From Phyllobates terribilis (Eukaryota), in contig NW_027362772.1 of NCBI RefSeq assembly GCF_046119375.1, forward strand, positions 151,528,001-151,592,000: DNA of 64,000 nucleotides. Reading direction: 5' to 3'. How positions within the stretch are numbered: position 1 is the stretch's first letter; each line of letters begins with the position of its first letter. Below the pieces are notes generated by a model, which was not told the origin of the DNA, did not search any database, and saw nothing but the letters and a program-made list of their open reading frames with translations. The translations under genes were made by a program, and so were the position numbers. Positions 39,971 through 51,432 of the stretch are shown here, in pieces.

Positions 39971-41291
39971 TGACTCGCCCCCTGGGCCGTGGGGCATTCG
40001 GAACCGGGCAATAGGGAGACGATGGGGGTAGTAGTGGTGACCTGGTCCCGTGGCTCAGGGTGGTCAGACCAGTGTCAGTCTTTTAGATGTTTTAGATAAT
40101 GTCCGACTACGCCACTCGTGGATTGCGGTTATTAGGAACTGCCGCTGCAGGGCAGACCGCTGGGGCCGATGATGTATGCAGCTGGGATGGTGTGACTCCC
40201 CACGGGAAGAGTGCGGCCCCAGGGCAGTGTAGTGGATGGTGGGAGTGATGGTGGTGGGAGTCCCAGTACCGTTAGTGCTGGAGGAGCGAAAGAGCACACA
40301 GACAACGTACTGCAGTCCAATGTCTTTTACTCACAGTTCAGGTACTCCGGGTAACTTCTGTACAGGTAGTGACCGCCCGAGCCGTGCTGCGTCCACCAGG
40401 TGAGGGGCTCGGTCAACTCCCAGGCAGCTCAGGAGTATGGCACAGGACCCCCTTCTTTCCTTTCTCTGGCCTGCCTCACCAGTGATCCACTTTTGTCCAG
40501 CTGCCGTGGACTTGTGCGGGTAAACGTGGGCCCCGTTCTCCGCTGTCCTATATGGTGCCTTCCTAGCAGGCTTGATGAGGTGTCGCACCAATAAATGATC
40601 ACGACGTCCGGTCTTTGGCTGAGGGTAGTTTCTCCTCCACCAACTTGGGATCCGGCACCCTTAATCTGCCTGACCCTTCACCCTGTATTCTCGTGGGTTC
40701 TTAGGGTCCCTTCCACCTTCTTGTTCCTGAGCCCTTCTGTTTCTCTGTCTCTTCTTCTCCTTTTCTGTTCCTTCCTGTTCCTTTCTGTTCATTTCTCGTG
40801 GAGCTGGGATGAGACTTAATCACAGCTCCCTTTCACCTCCTCTCTCTCTCTTCCTCGGCCTCTCTCTAGGCCCACTCTGGAGTAGAGCTCCTACAGAGCC
40901 TCTACTCCCTGTCTTCTCCTCAGTCTGCACAGACTGCCTGAACTTCTCACAGAGCTCAGATGGTACCCACCTTTTATACCTCCCTCTGACCATGAGCCCA
41001 GGTGACCAGCAACCAATGGGCTCCTTCCTATGCTCAGGAACCAACCCCTATCTGCTCCTACAGCACTGGATATTCCACCCCCCTCCCCACTCCAGCCAGG
41101 GACATAGTCGGTCGTGCCTGCACTTCTGTCTAGTGGGAGCACCGTTGAGCTGTCCCTCGGAAATGGGGTGTGTGTGCTGTATGCAGCTAACTGAGCCCTG
41201 GTCCATACTCCATCCTTACCTGGGAGTGGAATACCACACCTCTGGCAGAGGTGCAATACCCCTGTAGCAGCCGAACCCTCGGGGCGCTACA
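39971..41291 (-). mobile_element. Gypsy-type solo LTR (1321 bp)
   Basis: TG...CA ends; 4-bp TSD GAAG (39967-39970, 41292-41295); 5' end TGTAGCGCCCCGAGGGTTCGGCTGCTACAGGGG is homologous to the LTR at 49661. Confidence 0.8.
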
Positions 41292-41603
41292 GAAGCGTCA
41301 GCTGACATTCCCTCCTCCATTATCACTGCTCGCACTGGGCCCCCCTCTGGCCGTCAGCGTGAGCAATGATGATGGAGGAGGGAGTGTCAGGAGACGCTTC
41401 CACCCCTATCCTTCTGTGCGGGCGGGCGGCTGGGCAGTGGTGGGGCCCAGTGTGGGTCCTTCAACTCACGAGCCCTATAGCAGTGGTGTGGCCTGCCGCC
41501 ATCAGCTGTACTCCACTGCATACACATTCAATAGCTATTGTCCAATGTTTGTTTGACCAATAGTGACTATATTTGTGATGCTAGTCACTACTTACGGACA
41601 CTC

Positions 41604-42106
41604 TGTGAGATGGGGAAGTCAGAAAGTCCAAGGTCTCTTGCCAGGAGGGTACATCATAAACAGAGGGTTGAGACAAAGGCATAGTCAGGTTACAGTCCGG
41701 AGTCAGAATTCCAAGAAGATAGCAGATCAAGATGAAGGGGCTAGGCAAACGGATAGTCAAAGGCAAATCCAAGGTCAGTGAACAAAGATCAAACTACTAG
41801 AACTCAAAGCACAGAGCAAACACACACCAAACTGAGCAGAGCTAAAACTGGCAGAGATAAGAGGCAGACAGCCAGCTAAATAGTGGGGAATCATTCCAAG
41901 CAGGAGACACCTGTAGGAAACCCAGCACGCCCTGGCCCTGATTGGGTGACTGGACGGTCAGTCACCACACTTACAGCTCAGCACGCCCATGCCTCAGATT
42001 GGATGGCTGAGCTGTCTATCACTATACTGACAGCTCAGCAAGCACCTGTTTCAGATTGGATGGCTGAGCTGCCAGTGTGGTGACACTGAGATGAGGAATC
42101 CTGACA
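41604..42106 (-). mobile_element. Probable solo LTR
   Basis: TGTGAGAT...CCTGACA ends and an internal ~59-nt duplication; no TSD found. Confidence 0.4.
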
Positions 42107-42276
42107 GTATTCTTCTCTATCTCTCCATGCACATGTATGGACAGGTTCTCAATTGCGAGAACGTCATAAGCCGGCAGCTTATCTTTCTTGTGGATAAAAG
42201 AATTGTGCTCTGAGATTCAACATGCTGGATCTTTTTTTGTTCTAACATAATTCATCGATGGAAAGTTATGCATGTA

Positions 42277-43400
42277 CTCTGGCATGTAAAAGTTATTGTG
42301 AACAGTTAAAGCGCAGTCGGCTGGGGCCATTTTGGTGCATTTAAATTTCAAGTTTGGAACACAAATTACACAGGCAGTATTTAAAATAGTAGGCAGGTCA
42401 CTGAAGGCACAGTGGCCTGTCAGAAGGCAGAGATATGAATACATAAGCAGAGCACCAGATAAAGCCCCTCCCCAAAGGCCACCCCGAAGCACGAGCATAT
42501 CATTATGGCAGAAATGAAACTAAACATTATAAAAGAACCACTGGACGGATTTCATCAACAAAGGTATCATTTTACTCAGTGTAACGGTGCCCACCTGACA
42601 GTGTATGTGGTTTACTAAGCACAATCCTGCTGACAGGTGCGCTTTAAGCAAGTTGAAGATGAAATGATCTCCAAAAGGCCTAAAATTAAAGATGACACAT
42701 TTCTTTTGTATTTTCAGCAAAATATAATGGGCCGATGCAAACGTTTGGGCACCCTGCATGGTTAATAACTAGTAGCGCCCCTTTTGAAAGTATCACACCT
42801 TTTAAACACTTTTTGTAGCCAGACAAGAGTCTTTCAATTCTTGTTTGAGGGATTTTCATCCATTCTACCTTGGAACATTCTTCCAGTTAAGTGAGATTCC
42901 TGGGTCATTTTGCATGCACTGCCATTTGAGGTCTAGCCACAGATTTAAAATGATGTTCAGATCAGGGCACTGTGAGGGCCATTGTAAAACCTTCAGTTTG
43001 CACCTTTTGAGGTAGTCTATTGTGAATTTTGACTTGTGTTTAGGATTATTATCCATTTGTAGAAGCCATCCTCTTTTCAACGTCAGCTTTTACAGATGGT
43101 GTTATGTTTGCATCAAGAATTTGTTGAAATTTCATTGACTCCCTTCTTTCCTCTGCCTGTGAAATCTTCCCCGTGCCATTGGCTGCAACACAACCCCAAA
43201 GCATGATTGATTCACCCCCATGCTTAATGGTTGGCAAGATGTTCTTTTCCTGAAATTCTGTGCACTTTTTTCTTCACACATACCTTTGATCATTGTGGCC
43301 AAAGAGTTTTAACCTCATTGGTCCACAGCACTTGTTTCCAAAATGCTTCAGGCTTGTTTAGATGTTCTTTTGCATACTTCTGACACTAAATTTTATGGTG
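42277..43400 (-). mobile_element. Tc1 element of family B, 3' half, inverted
   Basis: TIR is homologous to 29317; minus-strand WLLQMDNNPKH...WPSQCPDLNII and PTIKHGGESIMLWGC. Confidence 0.85.
42310..42643. mobile_element. TTAA-specific (T2/Kolobok-type) insertion inside the Tc1 TIR
   Basis: TTAA at 42306-42309 and 42644-42647; termini AGCGCA...TGCGCT. Removing it restores AACAGTTAAGCAAG as seen at about 29369. Confidence 0.8.
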
Positions 43401-45849
43401 AGGACGCAGGAGAGCATTTCCAAAAGCAAGCTTTCAGGAATTTTTTTTCTGATCCCATAGAAAGAATCTGATACAGATCATGTCCTCAAATATTGCCACA
43501 TGCACACAAAGCCTTGGGAGAATATGTTGTAGTCTGGGTGGAATATTATATTGGAGTGGTAGATTCAGGGAAGTTGTAGATTTTGGGGTTGAAAGTCAAT
43601 AAAATACATCTAAGTGCTCATTTACATGTCATATTTTCGTGTATGAGTGCTATCCGTGGTTTTCATGGATAGCACTCCTACCTATGATATTCTATTGGAC
43701 TGTGCACATATCTGAATTTTTTCCTTGGACTGAGTGGTTCGCGGAAAACATCGGGCACACATCCCATTTTGATCCGAGGGTTGGATCAAAATCGGCAATG
43801 CAGGTCAATAGGTCTGTGAAAAAAATTGCTGTCAGATTTTCACGGACTGTCAGAATGGAGAAGGTGAAGAAACTTTTTTTTTAATTTCTCCACTTATGAA
43901 AAAAACGGATGACACTCGGACCACTGTCTGATCAGAATAATCAGTCCATTTTTCTCGTTTGTGGAAAAATCGGACGTCTGAATGAGACCTTACACTTCTT
44001 GCCCAAATCCCAGTAGGAATATTTATCCAGAATTGACACAAAACATAGGGTTCTTCAGTAAGATGGATGTGCATTCTATTGTAATGAGTTTACATGAATG
44101 TTTTTGCTGAGCGGAATTTAATGAGTATAAAAATAAATGACCCCTCCAGTGAGGAATCCTGCGCTAACTTCCCAGTGGGAGAACTGGCATGAATATGGTA
44201 TGTGTAGCTCAGGCACAACACACACATACAGAATGGCAGAGATCCAATTTCTATAGACGGTGTAGTGTTCTAAACCTAGCTTCAATTCAACTTTTGTTTG
44301 TTGCAATTGCAAAGAAAATCTTACGCTAGAGATCAAATATTAGTGTGACCAGAATCGCCAGACTGATCTATAAGTTTCTTTTTACATATATCTAACATGC
44401 ACTTGAATACAACTTTTAAAATAAAATCGTAAAGTGAAATAATGCAGAAAAAAAGATCCCGGCTGCCTCGTATTCATGACTGCCGAGTGATATTATAATC
44501 TTAATGCTCTAAGCAGGCATCTGCATAGGAAATACTCCTCCTGCTGGAACATAGGCCCTTTAATGTCAGTAATTCCTGTACACATGCCCATAAAGATAGG
44601 GAGAACTTTTCCTAAAGGGAATGTCTGTCTCAATGATGTATTATTATTAGACTATGTTCATACATCATGTTTTTTTCAGCTTTTTATGATGCATTTTTTT
44701 ATGCAAATTTTCAACTGCGTTTTGCAGTACCAGCAAAGTCTATGAGATTCCAGAAATCTCATGCACACATCATGTTTTTGTTTTTTTTTCAGGATTTTGT
44801 GCTTTGCATGTTTTTTTTTGCAAAATAGAGCATGTCACTTCTTTCAGCGTTTCTTCACCCATTGGAAGTAATTACGGGTGGTGAAAAAACGCACCAAAAA
44901 CGCTGGTATCAAGTTTTCAGTGTTTTTTGTGCCTAAACCAGAATGAGATTTTTTTTTTTTTCACTGAAATTTATGTACATGCATAAAAGAGACAAAAGGA
45001 CAGTGGAAAAAACGCTGAAAAATGCACGAAAAAAAGCAAAAAAATGAGAAAACAGCAACAAAAATCCTGAATCACCTCCTGGCAAGAGATCAGGTTTTGC
45101 TGCAGAAAATGAAAGCAGAATAAACCTTGATGTGTGACTATAGTCTTAGGGATGTTCGTGTTTGTCGCCTTCGTCCGAACTTTAATCCAAAGTTTGGTTT
45201 GGGTAACTGAACTGTACCTGAACCTGAACCCCATAGAGATCAATTGGGACCTGAACTTTTGTGCTGTTAAAGTCTCTCTCCCTCTCCGTCTCCCTCTCAT
45301 CTGTGTTCAGTATACAGCACCGGTCGGGGAACGAACCCCCAACTTTGCAGTTGGGGTTCGCTTATCTCTAATTATTATTATTAATAATTTATACAATTTC
45401 CAGCCCTTAGCCCAATCTTGATAAATCTCAGTTGACCCCTTTAAGGGTTCATGTCCATGGCTACATCCCAGAAAAGTTTTGTGCTGTAAAACAATATTTT
45501 TCTTATGATAATGGGTCAGATTGTGACATCCTCACCTGCAGCATTACTATGCGTTTGCCTAAACCTGAGGCTCAGCACACGGGGCGCAAAAAAATGAGTG
45601 GGCCCCTAATCTAGATTACAGTCTTTACAGCTATGGTTATGCACCCTAATAACTGTCGGAATAGATGAACCTTAGTAAATGACTATGTTGTTACTGAAAA
45701 AAAATCACTATACAAAGACCACGACCGATGTTGAGATCAGGACTCTGTGGGGACATATCATCCCATCCAGGACTTCCAGAATAAATTTGGAGCCAATCAA
45801 TTGCCTCCTTGATGGTATTGCAAGATGGATTGAGGACACCAAGAAGGGC

Positions 45850-46500
45850 ATACACACTGTATGTATGATACCCCACAATGTATTCCCCCACCCTACCACC
45901 CCATATGCACAGTATAATGACCTCACAGTGCATTCAGCAAAGTATTGTACCCCCACAGTCCCCTATACAATAAGATGCCCCCACACCCCAACCACATAAT
46001 ATGATGCACCCACACACACAATATGATGGCTTCTACAAAGTATGATGACACCACTTCCTACACACAGTATGATGACTCACACACAATTTGATGTACTCAA
46101 AGCCCCCCACAAAGTATGGATGACAAACAGCCCACCACGCAGTTTTATGGCCATACTGCCCCCACATAATATGATAACCCCACACATAGTATGATGACCT
46201 GCATACAGCATGATGTCCCCACAACCCTCCACACAGTATGAGGCCACCACATCCCTCACCACAAGGTATGATGGCCCCAGAGCCCCCCACACACTACGAT
46301 GCCCCAAAAGTCCTACCTACACAGTATGATACCCCACAGCCCCCTCCGACATTCAGTAAGATGCTGCCACACACAGTGTAATGCCCCAATAGTCACCCAC
46401 ACACAGTATAATGGACCACACAGCCCTCTCCACACAAGTATGATGACCCCACACAATATGATGCCCCCACAGCTCATTCACACATAGTATGATGGTCATA
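45850..46500. repeat. Degenerate C/A-rich minisatellite (CACACAGTATGATG-CCCC core)
   Basis: Recurring core; similar in composition to the 36.8-39.8 kb array. Confidence 0.75.
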
Positions 46501-46864
46501 TGGTTCCATACAAGTATAAAAAAAATAAAAAAATAAATACTATATACTCACCTAACCCTGGATCATGGAGAGAAAACTGGCACAGTCAACGTCCTAGCAC
46601 AGGCAGAGCAACACAGTGACATAATCACAATACCTGTGCAGGTAATCTGACATCCTATGTGCGCTACCACTGTTCTACAGGCCACAAGATAAAAGCAACT
46701 TCCAGACTATAGAACAGAGAGTGGTGGGGCAGGGAGACGATGGCTGCCTGCTCTACCTTAGATTTTCACTGTATCACCATAAGTGGCGGCCGCTCTGTGT
46801 GGGCTATAATACTGCTAAGAATGAAATAAACTGTAGAAGAATAGAATCCAGAGCAAAAAAATAA

Positions 46865-48720
46865 CTTGCGCTAGAACTGCCGTTTGTTGTCAAAGTAGAC
46901 GCCTCAGACTCTGCAGTGGGAGCCTTTTTGGCACAGCGTATTGGAGACAAGATGCAGCTTCATCCATGTGCATTCCTTTCTCATACTATGTCATCTGCAG
47001 AAAAGAACTATGACAATGGAAATAAAGAACTTTTAGCTATCAAAGTCGCCTTCTCCGAATGGAGACATCTTTTGAAAGGGGCTAATCATCCGGTAACTGT
47101 CCTTTCTGACCACCAAAATTTAGAGTTCATACGTACAGCTAAGAGGTTGTCTGCAAGACAAGCACGCTGAGCCTTATTTTTCTCCAGGTTAAATTTTGTA
47201 ATTTCTTATCGGCCTGGTACAACAAACGGCAAAGCTGACGCACCGTCCAGGACATCTACTGAACCTCAGGAGAGGTCTAACACTGACCATACCATTCTTC
47301 GTCCAAATTTTTATTTTGGAATACTGGACACAAAATAATTTTGTTACAAAATTTAAAGATGGATACAAAACTGCCTTTTTATCTCCACCATTCTTTCAAA
47401 CATGTTGATCTTTCTTTTAAGGAGAGGTTTTGAATGAAGAAGCACTAAATATATGTCCCCGAATCTGCTCAACTTGAAGTCCTCAAAGTTGTCCATGATT
47501 CCAAACTTGTAGGACACCCTGGAGTCATGAAAACTGAAGAACTACTGCTTCGTTCTTTTTGGTGGCCAAATTGTAGGAGGGATGTGAAAAAATATGTTTC
47601 TTCCTGTTTAACATGTGCACGGAACAAGATGCCACAATCTTCTCCTTTAGGACTCCTTCAACCTCTTCAAGTTCCATCCAGGCCTTGGGTATCAATCTCA
47701 ATGGATTTTATCGTGGACCTACCTCCATCTAAATAAATGACTGTTATCTTTGTTGTGGTGGATAGGCTCACAAAGATGGCCCATTTTATTCCAACTAAAG
47801 AGATTCCTACCGCTGAACAAACCGCAGAATTAATGGTCAGAGAGATGTTCAGGCTGCATGGAATTCCTGACAATATAATTTCTGATAGAGGTGTTCAGTT
47901 TACTTAAAAAATTTGGAAAAGCCTCTGTACAGCTTTAGGAGTTACTGTCAACTTGTCTACTGCCTTCCATCCACAATCCAATGGACAGACTGAAAGAACT
48001 AACCAAACTCTCGAACAATATCTGTGCTGCTTTATTTCTTACCTACAGGATGACTGGGTGGACTATTTACCAACAGCAGAATTTTCCTACCATAACTCCA
48101 AACACAGTTCTACATCCCAATGTCCATTTTTTGCTAATTATGGCTTGCATCCAGTATGTTTTCCTAATCTTCCATGTAATACTTTGGTTCCTGCTGTTAC
48201 AGACAGACTGACAAAGCTGCAGGAAGCTCAGCAAGAATTAATTGAGCTGAAGGCCCAAGAAGACTATAAAAAACAGCAGATAAACATCGCAAAGCCGCTC
48301 CTAACCTTCAGGTCGGTGACAAGGTTTGGCTATCAACAAAAAACCTGAAAGCAAACGCACCTTCGTCGAAATTGGGTCAAAAATTCATAGGACCTTTTCA
48401 AATTTCTGCACAAAATAACCAAGTTGCCTCTCGTTTAAAACTTCTTAACAGCATGGAAATTCACCCTGTGCTCCATGTATCCTTGCTCAAAACTTTCAGT
48501 GAGAACCCATTTCCAGGAAGAACTCAGCCACCCCCTCCACCAGAAATAGTCCATGGTGAAGAAGAGTACATCATGGATACAATTCTGGACTCTAGAAGAT
48601 TCAGAGGAAAATTACAGTAATTAGTGCAATGGAAGGGTTACGGAATAGAAGATAATTCATGGGAACCGGAATGCAATATCCATGCATCCAAGCTTAAAAG
48701 AGATTTTCATCAGAGACATC
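46865..48720 (+). pseudogene. Ty3/Gypsy chromovirus pol fragment (RNase H, integrase, chromodomain)
   Basis: [10 protein letters not shown] and [25 protein letters not shown] (RNase H); GHPG...WWPNCRRDVKKYVSSCLTC (Zn-binding); PWVSISMDFIVDLP and STAFHPQSNGQTER (integrase core); EEYIMDTILDSRRFRGKLQ*LVQWKGY (chromodomain). Many stops and frameshifts. Confidence 0.93.
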
Positions 48721-48764
48721 AGCACCTGAGATGTCCAGAGGTCATCTTGGAAGGAGGGGACTAC

Positions 48765-49208
48765 TGTTAGGATTCGAACCCAGCAGCTCTTGTACACCAG
48801 TCGGCGGCTCTTCCCTCTGAGCTATTCTGCTTGCTGGCCAGTTCCTGGCTAAACTAGATTCTAGTACCCATGTTGTTCCTGAGCAGCACCACCCTGTGTT
48901 TCTCCTGATTGGCTTAATCCTGTGAGTTCCTGACTATTATACCTGGCCTAGCACCTCCTTCCTTGTGAGATTATTGAGCTCCCAGCCTTTAGTCAAGCTC
49001 TTCCATCACCTGCTGCCTCCTACAAAATCATACTACTTCTCCTGAGTATCGACTCCTGGCTTTCCCTGACTACACAATCTGCTAAATTCTACAAGATTAT
49101 AATGCTCCTCCTGTGTATCTACTCCTGGTTTTCCCTGACTATGCTACCTGCCGGTGCTGCCCCTAGTGGTTGCAATACCACTACTCCAACCCAGGTAAGT
49201 TCCTAACA
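48765..49208 (+). mobile_element. 3' LTR of the Gypsy element (444 bp)
   Basis: Preceded by polypurine tract GGAAGGAGGGGA; perfect 8-bp inverted ends TGTTAGGA...TCCTAACA. Confidence 0.85.
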
Positions 49209-49660
49209 CCTACAAAATGAGATTTTTGGTGGATGGTTGAACATTACATGCTTATTGACCCCAGTGTGACCATAGTTTCCCTTTAAGAATGGCTGTTGGA
49301 ATTTGTGAACAACTTATTAGCTGTTTCTGCTGGTATGCATGGTACATAATCCAGCTGGAATTCTTACTAGCTAAACTTTTAATTTTGTTTGGAAGCACAA
49401 AGCACGGTTTATGAAAATGCTGGATGGATCATGAAATCCAACACTTTACAATCATGATCGGTTTTACATTTGCTAAAGTAGCAATGAACAGAAAAAATCT
49501 AATTTGTTAGTGTAACCTATCTATTAGTTTCTCTTTGCCAAGTGATTTAATACATGATGTAGTGTATCATTAAGAAAAAATAAACCACAAGTTTGTAGAT
49601 ACTCTGAGGATGGGTTGGTGTCATTCACCTGTCTCATCTCTAGGATTCAGGCTTTGTTTC

Positions 49661-51073
49661 TGTGGCGCCCCTGAGGGTTCAGTCGCCACAGGGGTACTGC
49701 ACCTCAGACCGAGGTGTGGTATCTCCTCTCCGAGGTAAGGAGGGAGCACCAATCGGGACCCCACCACATCACCCAACACTACACCTCTCCCACCTGAGGG
49801 GGGCTTATATGCACCAGGGTGCTGCCCCAGCCGGGATAAGAGGAGATGGGGGGAACCAAAGTTAGGGAAAACCATGCAGTGGGTGAGGGTGGAGGACGCA
49901 CTTTAGGTTACACCACAAAATTCATATTTAATAAACGGCCATCTTGGGCTTATGGTCTTTGATTGTGATCTTCATCACTGGACGTGGCTTTCTGTGTGAA
50001 CCTGCAGCTGATTGAGGATACATGGTCCTCATCCTCTGTCCTTGAGGCGAGGAGCAGGCTAGAGTTAACGGTTGTCTCTACCCGGTCAAGGTCCCTACCT
50101 AAGAAGGCCTGGAGGGGAGCAGAGGAGACAAGCTCCACAGGCAAAAAGATCCCAGGGGGATGCAGACGGAGCGGTATACGCCACCTGTCCTCACTATTCT
50201 GGCCTAGTCAGAGGGATTCCTGCTGCAAAAGGGGTACCGGCCCCTGATATCTGGCTTTGCTACTTCATGTCCTAGTCAGAAAAGCCCGGAGGCTTGGATG
50301 ATCCCACCGGGTAACGGACGGAGCGGAGTCGCCACCCGTACCCTTGTTCTGTGCATAGTCCAGAGGGAGACCAGGCCTTAGTACACGCACCACATATGGA
50401 CAGGAGAGGACCTAGTGGGAAAGACTAGGAACACTCTGGTGCAGGGGGTCCTGATTGTCGCACCCGAACTACCCGGAGTGTGCTGAACCCCTTCCTGGTG
50501 GCCGCAGCGTGCCGTGAGGAGCAAGGAGAAGCCTTGCAGCTGACACCTAACAACGTGAGTAAAGCTTGGAAGACTGCATCCATTGCCTCTGGTCCCTTAT
50601 TTCAGCGCGGCACCGGACTACACCACCCACTACGACTCCCCTGATCCGTCTTCTCTGCCCTGAGGCCCTGCTCCGCCTGTGGGGAGTAGTACCATCGTCT
50701 GCTGCCACTACATCCTGCCTCAGAGGACTGCCGCAGCGCTGGTGGCGAATCACCAGACTCCACAGGTGGCGTAGTCATTTAATCCACTAGATTACCACCG
50801 TCCCTCCTAGCCCTTATTTTGATGTGACAACCCTGGGCACGGGCCGGGCCTAGGCCACGACTGCATCCACCTTCCACCTGGAGGCCCGGTTCCGAGTAGC
50901 CCCATCTCTCAGGGTGGGCTAGCGAGTAGCGAAGTAAGCGTCACAACTCGGGCTTCCTTTGGTGGTCTGAGGTGGAAGGTGGAGGTGTGTGTATGCTGTG
51001 GGGGCCTCTTGTGGAGAAATCCGTTAATGCACCCCTCTAGGATCTGTGGTACCAAGCGCAGCTGGGCGTCACA
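49661..51073 (+). mobile_element. Gypsy-type solo LTR (1413 bp)
   Basis: TGTGGCGCCC...GGGCGTCACA ends; flanks TTTC/CTTC (possible 4-bp TSD, 1 mismatch); related to 39971-41291. Confidence 0.75.
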
Positions 51074-51432
51074 CTTCCTTACCCTATTGCCACCGCTATT
51101 AGCTGTGCTATATGTCAGGTCTCATAAGCTGCCTGACGAACTTCAGTGACATAATCACCCAAGGCTTTTTAAGGCTGACTTAGGCACTTTTGTGTGTCTG
51201 ACTACTGAGTAAGCTTTGTGTTCAGATACTGTGTGCTTTGGAGTTTGCCACCATTTAGTTCTATCAGCTGCAATCACCTCTGCAAACTCTGTTGTTTTCT
51301 ACAGCCTGCATCTACTTTCTGGCTCAGACCTGCTGATTAACCTTTCATCTTCTATAAGCATAATGAACTGTTTTCTGGACTTGTTAATACTTTAAATGCT
51401 CCTGCATCAGAGTTTATCTTCTGCTTCTTCAT

